DNA of 64,000 nucleotides from an uncultured delta proteobacterium. Its GTDB lineage: Bacteria; Desulfobacterota; Binatia; UTPRO1. This document shows, piece after piece, positions 46,725 to 57,210 of the stretch (the first letter of the stretch is position 1; every line of letters begins with the position of its first letter). The translations under genes and the position numbers were made by a program. The DNA is taken from contig CAVWBS010000003.1 of the NCBI GenBank assembly GCA_963753325.1, positions 1,128,220 to 1,192,219 of the forward strand, in the 5' to 3' direction. The notes beneath the pieces are model-generated. The model did no database searches. It worked only from the letters and a program-made list of their open reading frames with translations, and was not told where the DNA came from.

Positions 46725-47777
46725 CTAGAAGAGCTCGCGCACCGCGAGCACCCGGGCGCGCGCCGGAAGCGGCGCCACCCGCGCGGCCAAGGCGATCCCG
46801 TCGCCGCTGGCGTGGACGGCGCCGCTGCCGCGGACGTCGAGCGCCGGCTCACCGGCGGCCCAGAGCGCGCCGCAGACGCGCAGCTCACCACTCGCGGTGA
46901 CCTCGACCCCGCCGGCCGCGGCGACCACGCCGCTGAAATCGAGACGACCGGTGATCCGCAGATGGCCCGTGGCGAACAGGGCTCCGGCGCCGCTGCTGGC
47001 GCCGTCGACCTCGGCGTCGCCGTCGAGGATGGTGAGCTGCGGCGCGTCCGTGGTCCCGAGAACGGACGGGACCGGCGACGGCGGCACATGCACCGCCGAT
47101 GCGACGGTCCGGAGCGCGGTCAGATCCGGAGCGGCGCGCCGGACGATGCTCGGCGCTCCACCGGCACCGTCGATCTGTGCGGGATCGCCGAGCGCCGGCG
47201 GTGCCGCCGCCGGCGGCAGCGCGACGCCCGCGCGGGGGGAGAAGCGACCCACCATGGTACACGCAGTGTCCACCGACCCGTCGTGACCGTCTAGACGAAA
47301 ACCGCCTGTCAGATTGCTGACACCGCCGGCGAGGGTTGCGGCGCCGGGGAGGAACGGCACGGATTCGCGGCCGATGACGGCTTCGAGACGGCGGCGCACC
47401 GGCGGCGGACCGGCGGCGGTGACGTCGGCGATGATCGTCGCGTTCACGTCCACCGTGGGATCGTCGGGGTCATCGTCGGCGTCGTCGCGCAGCGCCGCTC
47501 GGTAGGTGCCGGGCGGCGGCGTGCCGGCGGACGCCGCGTGCGCGAGGGCGTCGCTGAAGCTCGTGCCGGGGGGCAGGGCGGCGACGGTGTCGGCGAGACC
47601 CGCCTCGGCGAGGAACCACGCACGCGCGCCGTCCCGGTCGACGCGCGCGCGGATCAACGCGGTGCGCCCGAGCTCCGCGAGCAGCGCCGCCACGGCGCCG
47701 GCGAGCGCCATGGCGAGGATCGCCGTGACGAGCGCGGCGCCCTGCACCCGCCGCGCGGCTGGTCGCCGGCACCTCAC
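46725..47777 (-). CDS. PilX/GspK-like minor pseudopilin (350 aa).
   Basis: N-terminal hydrophobic helix QGAALVTAILAMALAGAVAALLA without Glu5. It is the last gene of the H-I-J-K-type pseudopilin series and has a long Gly/Ala/Val-rich C-terminal half. Confidence 0.55.
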   Translation of the reverse strand: MRCRRPAARRVQGAALVTAILAMALAGAVAALLAELGRTALIRARVDRDGARAWFLAEAGLADTVAALPPGTSFSDALAHAASAGTPPPGTYRAALRDDADDDPDDPTVDVNATIIADVTAAGPPPVRRRLEAVIGRESVPFLPGAATLAGGVSNLTGGFRLDGHDGSVDTACTMVGRFSPRAGVALPPAAAPPALGDPAQIDGAGGAPSIVRRAAPDLTALRTVASAVHVPPSPVPSVLGTTDAPQLTILDGDAEVDGASSGAGALFATGHLRITGRLDFSGVVAAAGGVEVTASGELRVCGALWAAGEPALDVRGSGAVHASGDGIALAARVAPLPARARVLAVRELF

Positions 47778-47778
47778 G

Positions 47779-48345
47779 TCAGCGGTTCAACAGGCGCGCG
47801 CCGCCGCGCATGCGCACGGCCACGTGCAGCGGCGTCGCCCGGACGCTCAGATCGACCAGCACCGTGCGGATCGCCGGAAGCGCGCCCGGCGCCGCCGGGT
47901 CGACGGCGAGATCCTGCGCGTCACGGTACTGGAGCTGGAGCCCGCCCGGCGCGAGCTCGTCCAGCATCGGCAGCGTCTGCTGACCGACCGTGCGCTGCAG
48001 CGTGTCGCCGCTCACGCGATAGCCGATCTGCTCCTCGGAGGCGGTGTCGATCACCCCGTCGCCGTCGAGATCGGCGCAGAGCACCAGGCTGGTGGCGGTG
48101 GCGGTCGCGATGCCGCCGATGCCGCGTGCGCGTGGATCGTAGCCGGCGAGACGCACGTCGCGGACGACCTGATCGAGCGCCGCGGCGACCGATGCGACCG
48201 CCTCCGCGCCGTCGGCCGCCTGGTGGCGGGCGCCGCGCGTCGCGGCGAACACCGCGGCGAACCCGGCGGCGGCCAGCGCGGCGAGCGCCGTCGCGAGCAG
48301 CAGCTCGATCAGCGTGACGCCGCGCGCACGACCAGGACCGGTCAT
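47779..48345 (-). CDS. PilW/GspJ-like minor pilin.
   Basis: Prepilin-type N-terminal methylation motif RGVTLIELLLATALAALAA. 188 aa. Confidence 0.65.
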   Translation of the reverse strand: MTGPGRARGVTLIELLLATALAALAAAGFAAVFAATRGARHQAADGAEAVASVAAALDQVVRDVRLAGYDPRARGIGGIATATATSLVLCADLDGDGVIDTASEEQIGYRVSGDTLQRTVGQQTLPMLDELAPGGLQLQYRDAQDLAVDPAAPGALPAIRTVLVDLSVRATPLHVAVRMRGGARLLNR

Positions 48346-48740
48346 TCCGGCACGCACATCCGGGTGGCGAGCATGAACGGCGGCGAGCCGGGGACGACGA
48401 CCTGCGCCTCGAGGACGGCGATGCCGTCGCCGCGGGTGACCGCCATCCGATGCTCGACACCGGCGCCGAGCGTGGGATCGGCGCCGACCACGTCCTCGAG
48501 GCCGGGGAGCGCGCCGCGTGCCTGCGCGCGCGCGAGATCCGCGGCGGCGGCCGCCGTGAGCGCCTCGAGCACGGCGGCGCCGCGCGCGGCGCGCAGGCCG
48601 GCCTGCGCCGCGGCAGCGACGGTGGCGGCGGCGAACGCCACCAGGACGAGGGCGACGAGCGCCTCGACGAGCGTCGACCCGCGCGAAGCGGTGGCCATCG
48701 CCCGCGGGCATGGCGCAATGCGTGCCGGGCGCGCCGTCAT
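48342..48740 (-). CDS. PilV/GspI-like minor pilin.
   Basis: Prepilin-type motif RGSTLVEALVALVLVAFAA. An alternative start is at 48698 (MATASRG). Confidence 0.6.
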   Translation of the reverse strand: MTARPARIAPCPRAMATASRGSTLVEALVALVLVAFAAATVAAAAQAGLRAARGAAVLEALTAAAAADLARAQARGALPGLEDVVGADPTLGAGVEHRMAVTRGDGIAVLEAQVVVPGSPPFMLATRMCVPE

Positions 48741-49213
48741 GAGCCCTCGGACAGGATGGTGATGCGACCACGCTGGTTCAGGCGCAGCGCGCGGTGCACG
48801 CCGCGGTGATCCCCGAGCACCACGGTGCCGTTCTCGCCTTGGCCGCGCGCGCTGAAGACGAGATCGCCGCCCGAGTTCGCGTCGACGATCTGGATGCCCT
48901 GCGGCAGGCGGCGGCTCTGATCGAGGCGGTACGTGCCGCCGTCGTCCATCCGCTCGCGGCGATAGGTGTCGCCGCCGACGGGAAACACGATGCGCACCCG
49001 CGCCGCCGACGCGATCGCGAGCGTCTGCGCCGCATGGAGATCGGCGGCGATTTGATGTAGCCCGGCATCGAGCTGGAGGGCAGCATCGACGCGCGGCCAG
49101 ATCAGGGCTGCGGCCGCGAGTACGACGGAGGTGAGGGTGAGGGTGACGAGGAGCTCGAGCAGCGAGAACGCCGCTCGTCCACGCGGCAGGCCTCGGACGG
49201 CGCGGGTGCCCAT
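48737..49213 (-). CDS. FimT/FimU/GspH-like minor pilin.
   Basis: Prepilin-type motif AAFSLLELLVTLTLTSVV and a GspH-like body (LHQIAADLHAAQTLAI). 158 aa. Confidence 0.65.
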   Translation of the reverse strand: MGTRAVRGLPRGRAAFSLLELLVTLTLTSVVLAAAALIWPRVDAALQLDAGLHQIAADLHAAQTLAIASAARVRIVFPVGGDTYRRERMDDGGTYRLDQSRRLPQGIQIVDANSGGDLVFSARGQGENGTVVLGDHRGVHRALRLNQRGRITILSEGS

Positions 49214-49260
49214 CGCGCATCCGGATAGCGCGCCGGCGGACGCCGCGCAGCGCTACTCGT

Positions 49261-51290
49261 ATGCGTAGCGTCTTCGACCGGCTCGTACTCGCTGCGGTCG
49301 TCCTGTGGGCGGTGGCCTCGGTGTTGCCCCTCGGCGCCTGGACCGGCGTTGCGCCGCTCGCGTCCTACCGCGCGCCGCTCGCCCTCTGGTGGTGGACGCT
49401 CGTCATCGCGCTGCTCGCCTCGGCGCTGCTTTTGCTGCTGTCCGGTGGCGCAGCGGCGGCGGCGTCGCGGGCGCTCCTCGGTCGCGCGTCGGCCGGCTCG
49501 CCACGCCGCTTCCTCCTCGTCGTGGGGATGATGGCCGCGGCCGAGGCGGCGGCGGCGTCGTGGCTGCTCTTCGATCGCACGCCGCCGCTCATCGACGCCT
49601 GGGTGCAGGCCTTCCAGGCGCGCGTCTTCCTGGCGGGCCGCGTCGTCGCGCCCGCGCCGCGCTCGGCGGCGCACTTTGCGACGCTCTTCACCCCGATCGG
49701 CGAGCGCGGGTGGTTCTCGCAGTATCCACCGGTGCACTCGCTCCTGTTGGCGCTCGGCCTCGCGGCCCACGCCATGTGGCTCGTGACCCCGCTGCTCGCG
49801 GCGGCGTTGCCCGCCGCGCTCTACGTGCTCGCGCGGCCGACGGGCGACGAGCGCGTGGCGCGGCTGGCGGCGTTCTTGCCGCTTCTCTCGCCCTTCGTGG
49901 TCGCGATGGACGGCAGCGCCATGAATCACCTGCCGGCGGCGCTCTGCGTCGCGTTCGGGCTGTGGGCGGCGGCGGAGGCGACCCTCTCGCCGCTCGCCGC
50001 CGGCGCGATCGCCGGCGGCGCGACGGGTCTGGCGTTCGGCCTACGCCCGCTCGACGCGCTGGTGCTGGCGGGGGTCGTCGGCGCGGGCTTGCTGGTCCGC
50101 ATCGGCGCCATGGGCCGCGGCCGCGGCGCGGCCGCGGCGCGCGTGGCGCTCGGCGCGGCGGTCGCGGGCACGATCACCCTCCTGCCGACGCTCGTCTACA
50201 ACGCCGTCACGACCGGCCACGCGCTGCGCTTCACCTATACCGCCGTCTGGGGGAGCCTGATCGGCTTCGACCGTACGCCGTGGGGCGAGCGGCTGACCGT
50301 GATCCGCGCGATCGGCAACACGGCCGTCGACGCGTTCCAGCTGAACGTCCATCTGCTCGATTGGCCGCTGCCGGTGACGGGCCTGATCGCCGCGGGCCTG
50401 TGGATGCGCCGTCGCCTCGACCCGTCGCTGCGCGTGACGGCGGCGTATCTGCTCGGTGTCGTGACCTCGCTCTTCTTCTACTTCCATCGCGACGTCCTGT
50501 TCGGGCCGCGCCTCCTCTTCTCCGCCGTCCCGGCGGTGCTCGTCCTTCTCGCGGCGGCCCTCGTGCGCCTCGCCGACGTCCGCCGCCCGCTCGGCTGGCG
50601 CGGCCTCGCCGTCGGCGACCTGATCCTGGTGGTGCTGGCGACGACCGCCCTGCTCGCCGCCGTGACGCTGGCGCCGCGACGGCTGGCGTCGTTCCGCACT
50701 GCCGGGGGCGCAACCGCGTTGCATCCGGACGACGACGCGCGCCGCGCGGATGTGCACCACGCCGTCGTGCTCGTCCCCGACGGCTTCGGGACGCGCCTCA
50801 TCGTGCGCCTCTGGGCGGCGGGGATCCCGATGCGCGACTCGACCCGCTACTACGACGCGTTCGACGCCTGCGCGCTCGACGCGCTGCTGCGCGCCGCCGA
50901 GACGTCCGGCGCGAGCCCGGACGCGCTACGCGCCCGCCTCGACGCCGCGCTCGCGACCGCGGACCCCGGGCGGACGGTCCCCGGCATCACCGCCGATCCG
51001 ATGCTGCGCCTGCCGAGCGACGGCCGGCTCGACGGCGCCTGCGCCGACGAGATCCGCCGCGACCGGGAAGGCACGGTTCCCTTCGCCCCGTACGTGTACC
51101 TCGACGCGCCGACGCTCGACGGCGACGTCGTGTGGGCGCGCGAGCTCGGTGCCGCGGATGCGGCGCTGGCCCGCGCCTACCCCGATCGGCCCGTCTATCG
51201 CTACCTCGGGCGGACCGCCAACGGCGGCGCCGCGTTCACGCGCGTCATGCTCGACCTCGGATTCCGACGCGACGCCGCGTCAGGCGCCGA
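49261..51290 (+). CDS. Large polytopic membrane protein with a C-terminal soluble domain (GT-C/ArnT-like glycosyltransferase fold suspected). The 3' end is uncertain.
   Basis: At least 10 hydrophobic segments over the first 480 aa or so, then a soluble domain. The ORF formally runs to 51630, but the last 350 nt or so are antisense to pilD and are Glu/Arg/Asp-rich low complexity. Confidence 0.4.
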
Positions 51291-52044
51291 AGTAGAACGC
51301 GAGGATGCGGTCGCCGAAGAAGAGCGACACGAGGGCGCCGCCGGCGAGGAACGGGCCGAACGGGATCGCGAGCTTCGTGTCGGCGCGCTGATAGACCATG
51401 ATGCCGACCCCGATCAGCGAGCCGATGAGCGAGGCGACCATCAGCGTGACGAGCACGCTCCGCCAGCCGAGGAACGCGCCGATCATCGCCAGGAGCTTGA
51501 TGTCGCCGCCGCCCATGCCCTCCTGGCCGCGAATCGCCTGATAGCCGAAGGCGACTGCCAGCAGGATACCGCCGCCCGCGAGCGCGCCGAGCACGGCGTC
51601 GAGGGGCGTCACGAGCGGCGAGACCAGTGACACCAGCAGCCCGACGGCGATGCCGGGCAGGCTGATGACGTCGGGGATGATGCGGTGGTCGAGATCGATG
51701 AAGGTGATCGTCACCAGCGCGGCGGCGAACGCGAAGTACCCGGCGAAGGCGAGCGTCGGACCGAGACGCATCCAGAGCGCGACCGCGAGCCCGCCGGTGA
51801 CGAGCTCGACGACCGGATAGACCGGGGAGATGCGGGTCCCGCAGTTGCGGCAACGACCGCGCAGCAGGACGTAGCTCAGCACCGGAACGTTGTCGTACCA
51901 GGCGATGTCACGGCGGCAGCCGGGACAGTGCGACGGCGGGCGGACGATCGACCGCTCCTCGGGCAGGCGTACGATGCAGACGTTCAGGAAGCTGCCGACG
52001 ATCGCGCCGAACGCGAACACCGCGGCGATCACGAGTCCGTCCAT
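51280..52044 (-). CDS. pilD: Prepilin peptidase / N-methyltransferase (A24 family).
   Basis: The zinc-like CPGCRRDIAWYDNVPVLSYVLLRGRCRNCG, and the catalytic Asp contexts FIDLDH and GGGDIKLLAMIGAFLG. Confidence 0.9.
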   Translation of the reverse strand: MDGLVIAAVFAFGAIVGSFLNVCIVRLPEERSIVRPPSHCPGCRRDIAWYDNVPVLSYVLLRGRCRNCGTRISPVYPVVELVTGGLAVALWMRLGPTLAFAGYFAFAAALVTITFIDLDHRIIPDVISLPGIAVGLLVSLVSPLVTPLDAVLGALAGGGILLAVAFGYQAIRGQEGMGGGDIKLLAMIGAFLGWRSVLVTLMVASLIGSLIGVGIMVYQRADTKLAIPFGPFLAGGALVSLFFGDRILAFYFGA

Positions 52045-53609
52045 GCGCTCGACACTGTAGCAGAAGAGGCGCGGGCGTGCGGTAGGTGGGGATCGGCGCT
52101 GCGCGTGAGCGCCGGGAAGTCGCGGGCGAGCGGCGATTGATCGACGTGCATGTCGCCGGCGCGCAGGCGCTCCAGCGTCGCCGCCGCCGCGGAGCCGCGG
52201 CGCACGAACACCACCGCGACCGGATCGGAGTAGACGTACTCCCAGTCGTCGTTCCGCAGCAGCAGCCACGACGGCGGCTGCTGGCGCGCGCTCACGACGA
52301 CGTCCGTCGGATGGTGGGTCAGGAGATCGTCCCAGCGCGGGCCCCCCTCCATGAAGCGCCACGCCTCCTCGAGGACCTCCTGCGGATAGGCGGTCGTGAA
52401 CCGCCCGTCGATCGCAACCGTGCTACCGGTGGGCAACGACCAGAGCCCGACCTCGCCCCAGTCGAAGGGCAGGGCGACGCGGCCGCCGAGGTGGTTCTGC
52501 GCGAGGAAGCGCAACGCCTGCACGGGATAGCGGGCTGGATCGACGTCGATGCGCGCGCCGCTCAGCAGCACGCTCGTCGAGGCGAGCGCCACCTGCACGA
52601 CCGCCACGGCCGCGAGCCCGACGGCCGCCAGCCGTCGGACGCGCCGCAGGTCGCCGCGGCCGCGGAGACGGCGTGCCATGTCCGCCAGCATCGTCGCCAC
52701 GAGCGGCGCGGCCGCGATCGCGAAGAGCGGAATGTGCCGTTGATGGAGCAGGGCGACGGCCGCCGTCGCCAGCACGACCAGCGTCTCCGGCAGGCGCGTC
52801 CGCCGTGTCCAGAGGAGCCACGGCACGAGCGTCACGAGCTCGAGCTTGAACAGCGGGAACGACCAGTCGCCGAGCGGCACGCGCGCCCATTCCGTGATCG
52901 GGACGCGCGGGGTCACCTCCGTCGTGAGGAAGAGGGGCAAGCGCGACCCGTACGGATTCACGAGCATCGCCGCCCCGAGGAGCGCCACGAGCAGGACGGT
53001 GCGCAGGGCGAGCGGCGCCCGCGGAGCGCGTCGCGAGGCGACGACGCCGGCGGTGAGCCCGATCGTCGCGAGGCCGGCGCCGGCGAGGACGCCACCGTGG
53101 ACGTTGATCCAGAGCACGTTCACCACCGGCAGGAGCCACGCGGCGCCGGCGGCGCGATAGCGCGCACGCGCCAGGAGATGGAGCGACAGCGCGAGCAGCA
53201 GCATGGTGAAGAGCTGCGGCCGGATCATGAGGCCGTTCAGCATCGTCACCGCGGCGAGCGCCGTCGCGACCGCGGCCGCCCATCCGACGCGGCTCCGCCG
53301 CGCCGCGGTACGATGCACGATGGCGATCGTCGCGAGGCCGAGCCCGGCCTTCAGCGCGATCAGCCCGAGGCTCCCGCCGGCGCGATAGACGAGCGCCATC
53401 GTGATCTCGGCGAGCAGCTCGTGATTGACCCAGGGGTGGGCGCCGGCGGTGTAGCTGAACGCGTTCGTCGCGGGCAGGACGCCGCCGAGGAGGACGTTGC
53501 CGAAGACGAGGTGACCCCAGAGGTCGGGATCGGCCGTCGAGGGAGCGAGGACACGCACCGCCGTCGCGATCCAGAGCAGATGGAGCAGCGATCGTTGCGC
53601 CGGCCGCAC
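52029..53609 (-). CDS. Polytopic membrane protein with a C-terminal periplasmic domain, immediately downstream of pilA (putative GT-C-type glycosyltransferase).
   Basis: Intact 526-aa ORF with about 11 hydrophobic segments. The first loop contains ADPDLWGH (DxD-like). The position matches tfpO/tfpW-type pilin-modification genes. Confidence 0.4.
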   Translation of the reverse strand: MRPAQRSLLHLLWIATAVRVLAPSTADPDLWGHLVFGNVLLGGVLPATNAFSYTAGAHPWVNHELLAEITMALVYRAGGSLGLIALKAGLGLATIAIVHRTAARRSRVGWAAAVATALAAVTMLNGLMIRPQLFTMLLLALSLHLLARARYRAAGAAWLLPVVNVLWINVHGGVLAGAGLATIGLTAGVVASRRAPRAPLALRTVLLVALLGAAMLVNPYGSRLPLFLTTEVTPRVPITEWARVPLGDWSFPLFKLELVTLVPWLLWTRRTRLPETLVVLATAAVALLHQRHIPLFAIAAAPLVATMLADMARRLRGRGDLRRVRRLAAVGLAAVAVVQVALASTSVLLSGARIDVDPARYPVQALRFLAQNHLGGRVALPFDWGEVGLWSLPTGSTVAIDGRFTTAYPQEVLEEAWRFMEGGPRWDDLLTHHPTDVVVSARQQPPSWLLLRNDDWEYVYSDPVAVVFVRRGSAAAATLERLRAGDMHVDQSPLARDFPALTRSADPHLPHARASSATVSSAWTDS

Positions 53610-53632
53610 GTCTGCCTCCTACGAGGGCGGGA

Positions 53633-54071
53633 AAATGCGACGCGGGCGGAGGCCGGAAGCCTCCGCCCGCGTGCGCATGCGAGGTGCGGTGAGGCTTATC
53701 CGCAGACCATGTTGGGCTGGCCGGCGCCGGGGGCGCTGGACCACTGGCACTGGTAGCCCGCGGTGCCCTTGGTGCTGCTGCAGGTGACGGTGAACGAGGC
53801 CGGCGGACCGGCGGCCGCCGCCAGGGTGACCGAGACGTCGGCGGACTGCACGAAGCCGTTCACGCCCGTGAGGTCGCTGGTGTTGGAGCTGTAGGCGGCG
53901 TTGCCGACGAAGTACGCCTCTTCGGCGGTCGCGGCGTTGCGGCAGTCGCTGGCCGAGCGCGCATCGAAGCCCTTCGCGCGGTAGGCCGCGAACTGCGGGA
54001 TGGCGATCGCGGCCAGGATGCCGATGATCGCGACGACGACCAGAAGTTCGATCAGGGTGAAGCCGGACTGC
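53633..54071. repeat. Direct repeat copy 1: pilA body from codon 7 or so, plus the 3' UTR and terminator.
   Basis: Identical by eye to 54484-54921, except for one extra base in the terminator loop. Confidence 0.9.
53642..53670 (-). terminator. Rho-independent terminator downstream of pilA copy 1.
   Basis: On the minus strand: GCGGGCGGAGGC, loop TTCCG, GCCTCCGCCCGC, then GTCGCATTTTCC. Confidence 0.75.
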
Positions 54072-54088
54072 CTGCTGCTGCCTCTCAT
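53696..54088 (-). CDS. pilA: Type IVa major pilin, copy 1.
   Basis: MRGSSRQSG/FTLIELLVVVAIIGILAAIAIPQF is the class III signal plus the conserved N-terminal helix. There are 4 Cys in the C-terminal half. AGGAGG lies 6 nt upstream of the ATG. Confidence 0.9.
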   Translation of the reverse strand: MRGSSRQSGFTLIELLVVVAIIGILAAIAIPQFAAYRAKGFDARSASDCRNAATAEEAYFVGNAAYSSNTSDLTGVNGFVQSADVSVTLAAAAGPPASFTVTCSSTKGTAGYQCQWSSAPGAGQPNMVCG

Positions 54089-54156
54089 GGGACGCCTCCT
54101 GTGATCTCGGGCGCCGAGAGCGGCGTCGCGAGTCGAAGTGTTTGAGCACCTGGAGC

Positions 54157-54172
54157 AGCAAGGGCGGTGCCA
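54157..54172 (-). promoter_or_regulatory. Sigma-54 (-24/-12) promoter of pilA copy 1.
   Basis: The minus strand reads TGGCACCGCCCTTGCT, which fits the TGGCAC-N5-TTGCW spacing exactly, about 70 nt upstream of the ATG. Confidence 0.7.
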
Positions 54173-54483
54173 CGGCCCGCACGGGCATCGTCGGAAGAGG
54201 CCGCCAGCGGGGCAGCAGCAGCTTCCCCAAGGGTTTTCGGCGGTGGCCTCGTCGGGGGGCGGGGAGGAACTCTTCGCGTGGGAGGGGAGGTCGCATGCAA
54301 TGTCGCAGCAGGCGCCAGGATCGCTGCCCACGGAGCATCGCCGCCATGACGGGAAGTGACATTTTCTGCCCGTCACAATCGCGTCGGAGTTCCGCGTCGT
54401 GACCGTCCGGTCCGGCGGGTGCGCCGGGGATTCGCAAGGCGCCTGGCGCCGCGTCGCGTGCGCGGTGAGGCGCGAGGCGTACC

Positions 54484-54921
54484 AAATGCGACGCGGGCGG
54501 AGGCCGAAGCCTCCGCCCGCGTGCGCATGCGAGGTGCGGTGAGGCTTATCCGCAGACCATGTTGGGCTGGCCGGCGCCGGGGGCGCTGGACCACTGGCAC
54601 TGGTAGCCCGCGGTGCCCTTGGTGCTGCTGCAGGTGACGGTGAACGAGGCCGGCGGACCGGCGGCCGCCGCCAGGGTGACCGAGACGTCGGCGGACTGCA
54701 CGAAGCCGTTCACGCCCGTGAGGTCGCTGGTGTTGGAGCTGTAGGCGGCGTTGCCGACGAAGTACGCCTCTTCGGCGGTCGCGGCGTTGCGGCAGTCGCT
54801 GGCCGAGCGCGCATCGAAGCCCTTCGCGCGGTAGGCCGCGAACTGCGGGATGGCGATCGCGGCCAGGATGCCGATGATCGCGACGACGACCAGAAGTTCG
54901 ATCAGGGTGAAGCCGGACTGC
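54484..54921. repeat. Direct repeat copy 2: pilA body plus the 3' UTR and terminator.
   Basis: See copy 1. The offset is 850-851 nt. Confidence 0.9.
54493..54520 (-). terminator. Rho-independent terminator downstream of pilA copy 2.
   Basis: Same 12-bp stem as copy 1 with a 4-nt loop, followed by GTCGCATTTGG on the minus strand. Confidence 0.7.
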
Positions 54922-54938
54922 TTGGTGGAGCCTGTCAT
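54546..54938 (-). CDS. pilA: Type IVa major pilin, copy 2.
   Basis: MTGSTKQSG/FTLIELLVVVAIIGILAAIAIPQF. The mature sequence is identical to copy 1; only 4 leader-peptide residues differ. Confidence 0.9.
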   Translation of the reverse strand: MTGSTKQSGFTLIELLVVVAIIGILAAIAIPQFAAYRAKGFDARSASDCRNAATAEEAYFVGNAAYSSNTSDLTGVNGFVQSADVSVTLAAAAGPPASFTVTCSSTKGTAGYQCQWSSAPGAGQPNMVCG

Positions 54939-54998
54939 GACTGTCTCCTCTCGGGATGGGGTCGCGGCTGACGTCCGCGAATGTTGGAGGAGCGAGGG

Positions 54999-55014
54999 AG
55001 CAAGGGGGGTGCCA
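54999..55014 (-). promoter_or_regulatory. Sigma-54 (-24/-12) promoter of pilA copy 2.
   Basis: The minus strand reads TGGCACCCCCCTTGCT, about 60 nt upstream of the ATG. Confidence 0.7.
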
Positions 55015-55204
55015 CGATGGCTCGACGAATCGCGACGTTGCGGTCCCTGACGGCTTTCGTCAAGCTTTTCGCGCGCGCGTCGTGACCGGGGGAGCGCCCG
55101 ATGAGCGGGGCACGGCGTGATCTCGCATGTCCCTGGTCATCGCGCGCGCGCTACGGACGGACGGGCGAGCGTCGCAGTGACAAATTCCGCGCGCTACAAA
55201 TGCG

Positions 55205-57208
<2,004 letters not shown>

Positions 57209-57210
57209 GG

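Noticed and set aside
53633-54921. The pilA repeat as a mobile element or inverted-repeat-flanked cassette.
   Set aside because: It is a simple head-to-tail direct duplication of a gene body plus its terminator. There are no terminal inverted repeats, target-site duplication or recombinase, so it is treated as a tandem gene duplication or gene conversion.
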